Positions 1-13,587 of a DNA stretch of 64,000 nt are shown here, one piece after another. The position numbers and the translations under genes were made by a program. Where the stretch lies: NCBI RefSeq assembly GCF_013004595.1, contig NZ_JABEMC010000002.1, forward strand, positions 372,001 to 436,000. Direction: 5' to 3'. Under the pieces are notes generated by a model. That model saw only the letters and a list, made by a program, of their open reading frames with translations. It was not told the DNA's origin and did not search any database. Source of the DNA: Brevibacterium luteolum. Lineage in GTDB: Bacteria; Actinomycetota; Actinomycetes; Actinomycetales; Brevibacteriaceae. Numbering within the stretch: position 1 is the first letter of the stretch; every line of letters starts with the position of its first letter.

Positions 1-1
1 A

Positions 2-94
2 GGCGTATGGATCGTGCTCATGCTCCTGGCGATGGCCGGATTCACCGCCCTGAGCGCCTGGGGTGTGTGGCACCATCTCCAGGTCCTGGGCTGA
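2..94 (+). CDS. 3' end of a membrane protein gene (partial)
   Basis: Frame from nt 2 reads GVWIVLMLLAMAGFTALSAWGVWHHLQVLG-stop, a hydrophobic C-terminal helix. Confidence 0.5.
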   Translation, partial: GVWIVLMLLAMAGFTALSAWGVWHHLQVLG

Positions 95-244
95 GCTGAA
101 ATCGAGCGCCCAGACCGAGTCCGCAGACCGCGTTGAGAGCCGCTGAGAGCCCCTGAGACGAGTCGGAGTACGTTTGCAGGCCTGAAAACATGGAAAAAGG
201 CCGATTGCGGGCCGCGCAGGGCATAATCTCGCCGCGCGAGCAGG

Positions 245-2281
<2,037 letters not shown>

Positions 2282-2403
2282 TCCACCGGCCCGGCCAGCC
2301 GACCGCACCCCAGGCGCCCGCCGCCTCGGGAGCGGGGCAGCAGGCCGGATGCCACCGAAGAGTTTCTGCACACGACTGACGAATACAAGAGGTAAACAGC
2401 CCC

Positions 2404-5027
<2,624 letters not shown>

Positions 5028-5031
<4 letters not shown>

Positions 5032-5834
5032 CTGACAGCGAACAGAAACCCGCCAAGGTGATCCGGGCCTCATCCGGCTCGACCCGCCTGTCTGCCAGCG
5101 GCAAGGGCAAGAACTCCGAGACCGCCGCCTCGGGCACGGCGAAGACGCCGACGAGCACCGCCGTCTCCGGCGGCAAGCGCCCCGGCAGCGGAGAGGGCAA
5201 GCCGCGCAGCGTCAAGGCCGGCACCACCCGGCTCAAGGCCGGCTCCGGGACCGAGGCGGGCAGCAATCCCAGCGGGACCGCCGCCTCGGCAGTGGGTTCG
5301 GGTCCGAACCAGACGACCGGATCAGGCCCCCGCAGCGCGGAATCCTCCGGTTCCGGGCCCTCGGGCACCGCGCGCATCGCCGGCGTCCCGGAGGAGCAGG
5401 CGGCCAAGGCCGACGGCTCCGTGCGCGCCTCGGCAGGACCGGTGCGGATGGGTGGCAAGACGAAGAAGAAGGGCCCGCGCACCGTGCGGCTCACTGTCGC
5501 CACCGTCGATCCGTGGTCGGTCATGAAGATGTCGTTCCTGCTCTCGCTGGCCATCGGCATCGCCACCGTCATCGCAGCGCTTGTCCTGTGGCTCGTGCTG
5601 CAGGCCACCGGCACGCTCAGCGGCATCCAGTCGACGCTGACCGAGCTGGCCGGCACCGAGGGTGCTGACAAGGTCATCGGCATGTTCAGCCTTGGGCGCG
5701 TGCTGTCCTTCGCCGTCATCCTCGCGCTGGTGAACATGGTGCTGATGACCGCGCTGTCGACGCTGTTCGCGTTCCTGTACAACATCGGTTCGACGCTCGT
5801 CGGCGGTTTCCACCTCAAGCTCACCGACGACTGA
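5028..5834 (+). CDS. DUF3566 membrane protein
   Basis: [14 protein letters not shown] motif, two TM segments, canonical position after gyrA; long low-complexity N-terminus. Confidence 0.9.
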
Positions 5835-5965
5835 TCGGCACCTCTTCTCAGCACGGGCCGGTGCGGCGCAGTGAGCGTCGTGCCGGCCTTTGCATTGCGG
5901 GGGAGAAGCCGATTTTGCACTGACCGGGGGCAGTGTGTATATTGGTTCCTCGGGTCATCCCACAC

Positions 5966-6039
5966 GGGCCTATAGCTCAGGCGGTTAGAGCGCTTCGCTG
6001 ATAACGAAGAGGTCAGAGGTTCAAGTCCTCTTAGGCCCA
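5966..6039 (+). tRNA. tRNA-Ile(GAT)
   Basis: GGGCCTA/TAGGCCC acceptor stem, GAT anticodon, GTTCAA T-loop. Confidence 0.97.
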
Positions 6040-6072
6040 CGCAATCATTCGAAACGGACATCGGGAGATGAC

Positions 6073-6192
6073 GTGAAGAAGTGGTTGACGCTGACCGGCG
6101 TCCTCTCTGCTCTTGCAGGAGTGCTGGTGGTGTTCCGGGGCAACCGCCGCCGGCAGCACGAACAGTGGTCGTCCTACACTGACCAGGTGTAG
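6073..6192 (+). CDS. DLW-39 family small protein (39 aa)
   Basis: GTG start after GGGAGA RBS; MKKWLTLTGVLSALAGVLVVFRGNRRRQHEQWSSYTDQV; canonical position between tRNA-Ile and tRNA-Ala; absent from the ORF track. Confidence 0.8.
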   Translation: MKKWLTLTGVLSALAGVLVVFRGNRRRQHEQWSSYTDQV

Positions 6193-6207
6193 AATGGAGC
6201 CACGCTT

Positions 6208-6283
6208 GGGGGTATGGCGCAATTGGTAGCGCATCTGCTTTGCAAGCAGAGGGTTAGGGGTTCGAGTCCCCTTACCTCCACCA
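6208..6283 (+). tRNA. tRNA-Ala(TGC)
   Basis: GGGGGTA/TACCTCC acceptor stem with G3:U70, TGC anticodon, encoded CCA. Confidence 0.97.
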
Positions 6284-6291
6284 TTGTGAAG

Positions 6292-6332
6292 TCTCGGGAC
6301 ATCGTTCACTCGATGTCCCGAGATTTCTTTTT
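6292..6332 (+). terminator. Intrinsic terminator after tRNA-Ala
   Basis: 13-bp stem TCTCGGGACATCG/CGATGTCCCGAGA followed by a T-rich tail. Confidence 0.85.
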
Positions 6333-6383
6333 GTTCTGGGGCTGATGGCTCGCGTCATCGTTCCGGTAGCCTCCAGCGGGATC

Positions 6384-7163
6384 TCAGCTCCGCTGGGAGG
6401 TCACCGATGTGACAGACACACCCGCGTTCTCGAAGGCTTTCACGATCTTCTTGTCGCGAGCATCTGTGATGAGCGTCCACCCGGTCGGAAGGGTCGCCCA
6501 GGCCGGTACCTGACGGGCTTCGAGCTTTGAGGAGTCGGCCAACACAGCCGTTCGACTCGATCGCTGCGCCACCTGTTCTTTGGTGAGAGCCTCCTCAACA
6601 GTCGGTTCGCCTACGCCATCGCGCGGATCGACCGCGTCGGCGCCCAGGAAGGAGACGTCGAAAGTGAAGCGCCTGAGTGCATCCGACGCGAGCGCTCCAG
6701 CGGTGCCGTGGGAATTGCGCGACAGATGCCCCCCGACCACGATGACGTCGATGCCGTCTTCTTCGGCCAGAGAAAGAGCGATCTCGAGACCTCTGGTGAC
6801 CACGGTGAGACCAGAGCTGCCGCGGAGGTTGTCGATGAGGTGAGCCGTCGTGGAACCTGCGTCTACGAAGATTGTGGCACCGGGCGGCACGAGCGATGCG
6901 GCCACGGACCCGATTGCCGCCTTGGCACGGGTATTCATCGACATCCGCTCCGCCAGCGCTCTCTCCTGGTAAGGGGCCAGGCTCGTAGCACCGCCGTAGG
7001 TTCTTGCGAGCTGTCCGGTTCTCTCAAGCGCGGAGAGATCACGGCGGATAGTGGACGTCGACGTCGACAGTCTCTCGGCCAGAGCCTCGACACGATTGAT
7101 TCCCGAACGGACTAGTCGCACAACTTCCATGCGTCTGTCGCGAGTCGCCTCACGTGGATTCAT
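6384..7163 (-). CDS. DeoR/GlpR family transcriptional regulator
   Basis: HTH STIRRDL, RTYGGA, IFVDAGSTT, LADSSK. Confidence 0.92.
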   Translation of the reverse strand: MNPREATRDRRMEVVRLVRSGINRVEALAERLSTSTSTIRRDLSALERTGQLARTYGGATSLAPYQERALAERMSMNTRAKAAIGSVAASLVPPGATIFVDAGSTTAHLIDNLRGSSGLTVVTRGLEIALSLAEEDGIDVIVVGGHLSRNSHGTAGALASDALRRFTFDVSFLGADAVDPRDGVGEPTVEEALTKEQVAQRSSRTAVLADSSKLEARQVPAWATLPTGWTLITDARDKKIVKAFENAGVSVTSVTSQRS

Positions 7164-7216
7164 CGGTTCTCCCAACGCTCTTCTCATACGAATGGCGCAA
7201 ACCGCATCCAGGCTCG

Positions 7217-8266
7217 TCAGCGGGGCAAGTACTCGGCGCGGATCGCTTCGACATGCGGTGCATAGCCGATCGCCGCACGGTACGCAGACCGCATTGTGCC
7301 CGGGTCGGCTTTTCCGGTGCCGGCGATATCGAAAGCGGTGCCATGGTCGACAGATGTGCGCAGGATGGGGAGTCCAACAGTGACGCTGATGGTCCCATCG
7401 AAGTCGAACGTCTTCGCAGCGATATGACCTTGATCGTGATACTGAGAGAGAATCCCGTCATAGCGACCCAACAGCCCATGGTGGAACACGGAATCGGCTG
7501 GGATCGGGCCCGCCACATCCAAGCCGCGTGAGCGGACCTCTTCAATGGCTGGGGAGAGGATCTCGATCTCTTCATCACCAAACGCACCGTTTTCGCCACC
7601 ATGAGGATTGATGGCGGCGGTCGCCAGACGAGGTTCCGCCACACCGTAGACTTCGAGTGCACGATGGGCTCGCATGATTGAGCCGACCTGGTTGTCGATG
7701 TTGATTGCGTCGAGAGCTTTGCGCAGTGACATATGGCGGGTAGCGAAGAACACCTGCATCTTGTGTCCGGGCTGATGGGTTTTCTCGACAACGAACATCG
7801 TGTCCTGCTTGGTGACCCCAGTGAGCTCACCGAGCATTTCGGTATGACCGAGGTGCTTGGACCCTGTCTTCCACACCGCTTCCTTATTGATGGGGCCGGT
7901 GACGATACCGGAAACCTCTTGATTCAGTGCAGCTTCCGTTGCCACCTCGATTGCGGTGACGGCTGCTCGTCCGGCCCTTTCGTCTACTCTGCCCCATTCG
8001 GGAATCTGGGAGCCGAGAACCTCGATGTCGAAGACATCTATGACGCCTTCGCCGCCCGGAGCGGTGTCCCATGACGACACCGCCCGGACCTCGGCATCGA
8101 GGTTGAGCACCTTGACCGCCTTCTCCATGACGGCAAGGTCGGCGACGGCGATGCCGTGCTGAGAGCTGTCGGTCGAGAACTCGTGCAGTACCGCTGCGGT
8201 GATCTCAGGCCCGATGCCGACTGGATCTCCGACGGTGACAGCGAGAACGGGGGTATTCGAGGTCAT
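7217..8266 (-). CDS. pdxA: PdxA-family dehydrogenase (D-threonate/D-erythronate 4-phosphate dehydrogenase type)
   Basis: GDPVGIGPEI, GHTEML, NPHGGE, YHDQGHI, RTSVDHGTAFDIAG; context points to catabolic PdxA2. Confidence 0.92.
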   Translation of the reverse strand: MTSNTPVLAVTVGDPVGIGPEITAAVLHEFSTDSSQHGIAVADLAVMEKAVKVLNLDAEVRAVSSWDTAPGGEGVIDVFDIEVLGSQIPEWGRVDERAGRAAVTAIEVATEAALNQEVSGIVTGPINKEAVWKTGSKHLGHTEMLGELTGVTKQDTMFVVEKTHQPGHKMQVFFATRHMSLRKALDAINIDNQVGSIMRAHRALEVYGVAEPRLATAAINPHGGENGAFGDEEIEILSPAIEEVRSRGLDVAGPIPADSVFHHGLLGRYDGILSQYHDQGHIAAKTFDFDGTISVTVGLPILRTSVDHGTAFDIAGTGKADPGTMRSAYRAAIGYAPHVEAIRAEYLPR

Positions 8267-8274
8267 GGTTTTTC

Positions 8275-9615
8275 CTAATCTTCTCGAGAACCGGACTTGT
8301 ACAAGCGGTCTTGTGCGCGAACCATAGCGGATAGATGGTCAAGACATGCGACAGCGGTGTCGGGGCCGCCGACCAGCCCGCCTTTTGTGACGATCGGCAG
8401 GCCCGCGAACTCTCCGCCGATGACAACGCCGGCTGCGGCGAGCGGGACGACTTCTTCATGGACTTCAATGCCTGCGGCCCCCAGAGCGGAAAGCACTGCG
8501 GCGGTGATGTCGCCACCTGTGGTGTAGAGACCTCCAACGCACGGGCCGGCGGCTGGATCGCCTGAGATGCGGGCAGTCGCGAGTACACCGGCGGTGATTC
8601 GGCCAATGCGCCTGGGGACCTCCTCAGCCTCCTCCGCCGTCAGCTCTAGGATGTCCGACTCCTCAAGCACCGAGGCGAGGAGCACGATGTTCCCGGGGCC
8701 AGCGTTTTCGAGTGCTGTTGAGACCTCGGCGATGGTGGACGAGATGTCCGGAACGGGCCGGTTGCTGTCGAGAACAGGGCGGACAAGGTGGACGGGGCGC
8801 GTTTCAGACAGCTGTCTCAGCTGAAGCTGCGTGAGTTCAGTCGCTGAGCCGGCAATCGCCAGCAGCGGAAGGCTCCCTCCAGTCGGCTTGGTTTCGAGAG
8901 CGTGGGCAATGGCGAGGGTGCCTGGTCCGGGGTCGATCCCCACCCACATGACGCGGGGGTCTGCTGCCACCGCCGCTTCGGCTGTCCGCTTGAGGTGTTC
9001 ATCAGTGAGTGCGTCTGCGACGACGACATCGACACCATCGTCGAGAACTGCACGGAATCGTGCGACTAGCGCGTCCCATGACCCGGTGACCTCGGCCAGT
9101 CCTATCACTGCTGTGCGCAGCTCAGTGCTGCGCTGCAGCGCGGCCTCGACGGAGGAGTTGTCGACGGGTGCGCGTACATCATGAGCGAGTTCGGTGTCTT
9201 CCAGCCGCTTGCCGGCCATGAGTTGCAGCCCGTCGACGGTCTGCCTGTCGGCTTGAGGAAACGCCGGCATACACAGACCGACAGCCTGACGACCACGTTC
9301 CCGGACAGCCGCGAGGACGGCTTGAGCTTCCGCGCCGAAGTTGCCGCGCAGCGTCGAGTCTGCACGTGAGCAGATGAGGTCTGCGGGCCACGCTGCTGCG
9401 ACGACGCCGCGCACCGTCTCTTCAGCATCTGCAGGCGGCAGATGGCGCGAGTCTGTCGTGACGACAAGGACGTCGTAGGTGTCAAGCAGGCCAGTGAGTT
9501 CGTCCGGAGGCAGTCCCAGGTGCACATTTGCGGCGCGCAGGCCCGAGCGTGCGAAGCCCGCAGCACAGCCGTTGCCTCCGGTGAGGTCGTCCGCGACGAC
9601 GAGTATGCGTGTCAT
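8275..9615 (-). CDS. Four-carbon acid sugar kinase (DUF1537 / DtnK-type)
   Basis: VADDLTG, DSTLRGN, PAFP, TGGDI, TKGG motifs; start set at MTRILVV. Confidence 0.9.
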   Translation of the reverse strand: MTRILVVADDLTGGNGCAAGFARSGLRAANVHLGLPPDELTGLLDTYDVLVVTTDSRHLPPADAEETVRGVVAAAWPADLICSRADSTLRGNFGAEAQAVLAAVRERGRQAVGLCMPAFPQADRQTVDGLQLMAGKRLEDTELAHDVRAPVDNSSVEAALQRSTELRTAVIGLAEVTGSWDALVARFRAVLDDGVDVVVADALTDEHLKRTAEAAVAADPRVMWVGIDPGPGTLAIAHALETKPTGGSLPLLAIAGSATELTQLQLRQLSETRPVHLVRPVLDSNRPVPDISSTIAEVSTALENAGPGNIVLLASVLEESDILELTAEEAEEVPRRIGRITAGVLATARISGDPAAGPCVGGLYTTGGDITAAVLSALGAAGIEVHEEVVPLAAAGVVIGGEFAGLPIVTKGGLVGGPDTAVACLDHLSAMVRAQDRLYKSGSRED

Positions 9616-9617
9616 GG

Positions 9618-11087
9618 TCACCCGATGAGCAGGTTTGCCAGGAAGAGCAGTGGGATCGATCCGAGCCAGACGGCGGTGGTGATACCCGACCAGCCTTTGA
9701 GAGCGGCAGTGCCGGTCAGCCCCGTGAACCGTGTGACAACCCAGAAGTAGGAGTCGTTGAAGTAGGAGAAGACCATCGAACCGCAGACACATGCCATGAC
9801 TGCGATGAGAGGAGAGACTCCCAAGGAATCAACGAGCGGGGCGGTGACAGAGGCAGCGGTGATCATGGCCACGGTTCCGGAGCCCTGAGCGATTCGCACC
9901 ATGGAAGCGATAAGGAACGGGATGAGGAACGCAGGCAGCGCCATGCCGGCGATGGCCTCGGCTAAAGCGTCACCGACCCCAGAGTCTCTCAGCACCTGGC
10001 CGAAACCTCCGCCAGCACCGGTGATGAGGAGAATCAGGCCTGCGGATTCGGCGGCCTGAGCCAGCCAGGCGTGTGTCTTCTTCCGCGGCGTCCACCGGGG
10101 GAGCAGAACGTAGACCGCCAAAATGATGCCGATGATCAGCGCGACCACAGGATTTCCAAGAAAGAGGAGCGGTTTGACCCAGTCGGAGGCAGCATACTCT
10201 TCAGCATTGATCTGACCCGTGGCCGATTTGTCGATAGCCGAGGTCACAGTGTTGGCCACAATCAGCAGGAGCGGAACGAGAAGCGGAAGAGAACCGAGAG
10301 CCGCATTGATGCGGTGCGGCTTGCGACCTGCCGGGGTCTCACCGAGGTAGTCCTCAGACCGATAGGTCTTGATCGCGTCGAGGTGAGATGCAACGTCTTC
10401 TCCGCCGTTCTCGGCAATTTTCACGTCGTGATTCTCGCCGTAGACCTCTGCAGCGACCTCGGGGACGACCTGCGATTCGAGCTTAGGGCCCATCCACCTG
10501 GCGTAGAACACCACGACGGGCAGAAGGATGATCGTGAAGATGCCGCCGGTCAGGATGACCGCACCGAGGTCTGCCCCGAGAAGGCCGGTGACGGCGAGCG
10601 GGCCGGGTGTCGGCGGCACCATGTGGTGGGTGAGTGTCATACCGCAGCCGAGGGCGAGGCAGAGAGTGACATATCCGCCCCGCTTGACTCGTGCAATCGA
10701 GCGGGCCAGAGGGTTCATGATCACGAAGCCGGAGTCGCAGAAGACCGGGACCGAGACAAGGGACCCGACAGTGCTCATCGCCCAGGGTTCTCTGCCTTTG
10801 CCGAATCCCCGAAGGAAGGCTCGTGCCAGTGCATCGGCGGCCCCTGAGACCTCCAAGATCTTTCCGACCGCAACACCGAGTCCGATGACGATTCCGATGC
10901 TGGCCAGCGTGTTGCCGAAGCCAGTCGTCACGGAGTCCACGACACCGAGCATCTCCTGCCCGGCCACCAGGCCGGTGACCAGCGCTGCTATCAGCAGAGC
11001 GATGAAGGCATCCAGCCGAGTGCGCAATACGAGAAAGACGATTGTGGCGATGCCGAGCAAGAGGGCCAGAATCAGCCGCGCATCCAT
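9618..11087 (-). CDS. GntP family sugar-acid permease
   Basis: VPVFCDSG, HHMVPPTPGP, RIAQGSGTVA, NDSYFW; many TM helices. Confidence 0.93.
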   Translation of the reverse strand: MDARLILALLLGIATIVFLVLRTRLDAFIALLIAALVTGLVAGQEMLGVVDSVTTGFGNTLASIGIVIGLGVAVGKILEVSGAADALARAFLRGFGKGREPWAMSTVGSLVSVPVFCDSGFVIMNPLARSIARVKRGGYVTLCLALGCGMTLTHHMVPPTPGPLAVTGLLGADLGAVILTGGIFTIILLPVVVFYARWMGPKLESQVVPEVAAEVYGENHDVKIAENGGEDVASHLDAIKTYRSEDYLGETPAGRKPHRINAALGSLPLLVPLLLIVANTVTSAIDKSATGQINAEEYAASDWVKPLLFLGNPVVALIIGIILAVYVLLPRWTPRKKTHAWLAQAAESAGLILLITGAGGGFGQVLRDSGVGDALAEAIAGMALPAFLIPFLIASMVRIAQGSGTVAMITAASVTAPLVDSLGVSPLIAVMACVCGSMVFSYFNDSYFWVVTRFTGLTGTAALKGWSGITTAVWLGSIPLLFLANLLIG

Positions 11088-11113
11088 GGGCGGTCTCCTA
11101 AGAATCGGGCGCG

Positions 11114-11153
11114 AACACAGTCACACAGAAAGAAACACAGTCACGCAGAAAGA
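11114..11153. repeat. 20-bp tandem direct repeat (2 copies)
   Basis: AACACAGTCACACAGAAAGA / AACACAGTCACGCAGAAAGA, one mismatch. Confidence 0.85.
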
Positions 11154-11412
11154 CAGGTGGAGCAACGTCGTCGAAGCGTGTTGATGAAAGCATGCATGTT
11201 CGTGATCGGTAAAGCAAGTAGTCATGCAATCAGCTGCTCAATCTGCGCATGAGACTGCAGCATGTTCTGCGCGCACGTGGCGAGGCGCATGCGACATCCG
11301 GGCAGCAGGGAAATGCTCATGCTGGCCGTCCTTTCCTGACCCTCTTCATTCGCCCAGGCCAAACCATCAGAAACGCCGCAGATACAACGATCGTCGTAGC
11401 ACCAACGCGGGA

Positions 11413-11441
11413 TTGTCGGGCAATCTCACCGTCTCTAACGT
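11413..11441 (+). promoter_or_regulatory. Putative sigma-A promoter, leaderless
   Basis: TTGTCG-17 bp-TAACGT, 7 nt before ATG 11449. Confidence 0.55.
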
Positions 11442-11448
11442 CGTGTGC

Positions 11449-11664
11449 ATGGACACGAATACGTTCTCCCGCCGCTCACTGTTCGCATCCGGCGCAGCAG
11501 TCCTCGGATCCGCAGTACTGCTCAGTGCCGCACCCGGCCATGCTGCCGAAAACCGGCCCATCACCGAAGCCACCGGCTTCCGCACCTCCGACTCCGATGG
11601 TGGTGAGGCCTCGAATCCGGCCAACCGCCTCGGCTGCGCGCTCGGCCGTGGATTGGAGGACTGA
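11449..11664 (+). CDS. Small protein with twin-arginine (Tat) signal peptide (71 aa)
   Basis: MDTNTFSRRSLF, hydrophobic core, then a signal-peptidase-like site (APGHA-A). Confidence 0.65.
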   Translation: MDTNTFSRRSLFASGAAVLGSAVLLSAAPGHAAENRPITEATGFRTSDSDGGEASNPANRLGCALGRGLED

Positions 11665-11667
11665 GCC

Positions 11668-12114
11668 ATGGCAGAACCCATCTGGATCGGCAGCCCGAAC
11701 TTCAACCACGGCCGTGGAGGCTCCGGCATCGACCGCATCGTCATCCATTACATCGTCGGCACTCTCGCCGCCGCGGATGCCACCTTCAAGGACCCGGCCT
11801 CCCAGGTCAGCGCTCACTACGGCATCGGCGAAGGAGCCCTGCATCAGTACGTGAACGAAGGCGACACCGCCTGGCATGCCGGCAGCTTCGCGATGAATCA
11901 GCGCAGCATCGGCATCGAGCACTCCGCAGACCAGAACCGCGCCCCCGACGAGTTCACCTACAACACCTCGATCGCACTGTGCGCACGCATCTGCCGCGAC
12001 TACGGACTCGACCCCCACGTCGCGCTCATCCCACACAGCGCCGTTGTCGCCACCTCGTGCCCGGGCACCGTCGACTTCGAGCGCATCAAGAACGCAGTCG
12101 CCGCCGCCGTCTGA
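11668..12114 (+). CDS. N-acetylmuramoyl-L-alanine amidase (Amidase_2 catalytic domain only)
   Basis: IVIHY, SAHY, AWHAG, SIGIEH, PHS..TSCPG Zn-ligand pattern; GGAGGA RBS. Confidence 0.9.
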   Translation: MAEPIWIGSPNFNHGRGGSGIDRIVIHYIVGTLAAADATFKDPASQVSAHYGIGEGALHQYVNEGDTAWHAGSFAMNQRSIGIEHSADQNRAPDEFTYNTSIALCARICRDYGLDPHVALIPHSAVVATSCPGTVDFERIKNAVAAAV

Positions 12115-12183
12115 CGCGCCCCCGCCACCGCGGGCCCTGATCACCCTCGAATACCCCACTAACACAACCACACCCCCGCCCCC

Positions 12184-12214
12184 GCGCCGCCCAGCCTCCC
12201 AAGCTGGGCGGCGC
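12184..12214 (+). terminator. Hairpin after amidase
   Basis: GCGCCGCCCAGC/GCTGGGCGGCGC stem. Confidence 0.55.
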
Positions 12215-12276
12215 TCTGTCGTTCCACTGTGTGACCCGGATCTCACGGATGTGCCTGCGGGAGCTAAGATAATGGT

Positions 12277-13404
12277 ATGAAACTTCCACACAGCGATATT
12301 GATCCCGACGGCCTGCTGGAGTACTCCGTCGTCTTCACGGACCGCTCCCTCAACCACATGTCCGCCCGCTTCGTCTCCGTGATGGAGGAGACGCTGTCGA
12401 TCCTGCGCAGCACCTACAACGCCAAGACCGCGGTGCTCGTGCCCGGCGGCGGCTCCTACGGCATGGAATCGGTCGCCCGCCAGTTCGCCGGCGGCAAGCG
12501 CTGCCTCATCGTACGCAACGGCCAGTTCTCCTACCGCTGGTCGCAGATCCTCGACACCGGCCAGATCCCTGCCGAACATGAGGTGCTCAAGGCCCGCCCC
12601 GCCGGCGGCGACGTCGATGCCGGGTTCGCTCCTGCTCCCATCGAGGAGGTCGTCGAGACGATCCACCGGCAGCGCACCGAGCTCGTGTTCGCTCCGCACG
12701 TCGAGACCGCCTCGGGCGTGCTGCTGAGCGATGACTACATGCGCCGGATCGCAGACGCCGTGCACGAGGTGGGCGGCCTGTTCGTCCTCGACTGCGTCGC
12801 CTCCGGCCCGCTGTGGGTTGACATGGACGACATCGGTGTCGACATCCTCCTCTCGGCCCCGCAGAAGGGCTGGAGCGGCACGCCGTGCGCCGGCTACATC
12901 ATGTTCGGTGAGCGCGCTCGCACGGCGATCGAGGACACCACCAGCTCGAGCTTCGCACTCGACCTGAAGAAGTGGATGACGATCTGTGAGGGCTACGCCG
13001 AAGGCAAGCACGGCTACCACGCCACGATGCCGACTGACTCGATCACCCACAACCTCACCCTCATGCAGGAGGCTGTCGAGTTCGGGCTGCCGCAGCTGCG
13101 TGAGCGCCAGATCGAGCTCGGCACCAAGGTGCGCGAGCTCCTCAGCTCACGCGGTTACTCCTCAGTTGCCGCAGAGGGCTGGCAGTCTCCGACGGTCGTC
13201 GTCGTGCAGGCCGAGCGACCCGCCGCCGAGGTGGTAGCCGCGTTTGCGCAGGCAGGCGTGCAGGTAGCCGGCGGGGTCCCGCTCATGGTCGACGAGCCGG
13301 AGGGTTTTCAGACCTTCCGCATCGGCTTGTTCGGCCTCGACAAGTGGGCTGATGCTGATGCAGCGGCAGCGCGACTGGAGGCGGCGCTCGACCAGGTGGC
13401 CTGA
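12277..13404 (+). CDS. Class V aminotransferase (alanine-glyoxylate/serine-pyruvate type)
   Basis: DPDGLLEYSVVFTDRSLNHMS, HVETASG, DCVASG, PLP lysine in SAPQKGW. Confidence 0.88.
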   Translation: MKLPHSDIDPDGLLEYSVVFTDRSLNHMSARFVSVMEETLSILRSTYNAKTAVLVPGGGSYGMESVARQFAGGKRCLIVRNGQFSYRWSQILDTGQIPAEHEVLKARPAGGDVDAGFAPAPIEEVVETIHRQRTELVFAPHVETASGVLLSDDYMRRIADAVHEVGGLFVLDCVASGPLWVDMDDIGVDILLSAPQKGWSGTPCAGYIMFGERARTAIEDTTSSSFALDLKKWMTICEGYAEGKHGYHATMPTDSITHNLTLMQEAVEFGLPQLRERQIELGTKVRELLSSRGYSSVAAEGWQSPTVVVVQAERPAAEVVAAFAQAGVQVAGGVPLMVDEPEGFQTFRIGLFGLDKWADADAAAARLEAALDQVA

Positions 13405-13587
13405 CACAGCTCTCGTGGTTTCGACAGACAGCTGGGGTGTGCGCGACAGCGCGCGGTGACGGCGTCACCGCGCAGAGCGTCGCCATTACCTGACGGTAAG
13501 CGGACTGGCGGCCTTGTTATGGTGTGAAGTGCCCGGCAGGCGCAGGGATCCCTGCGCCTGCACTCACACCACTGCAGAGACGAAGAG

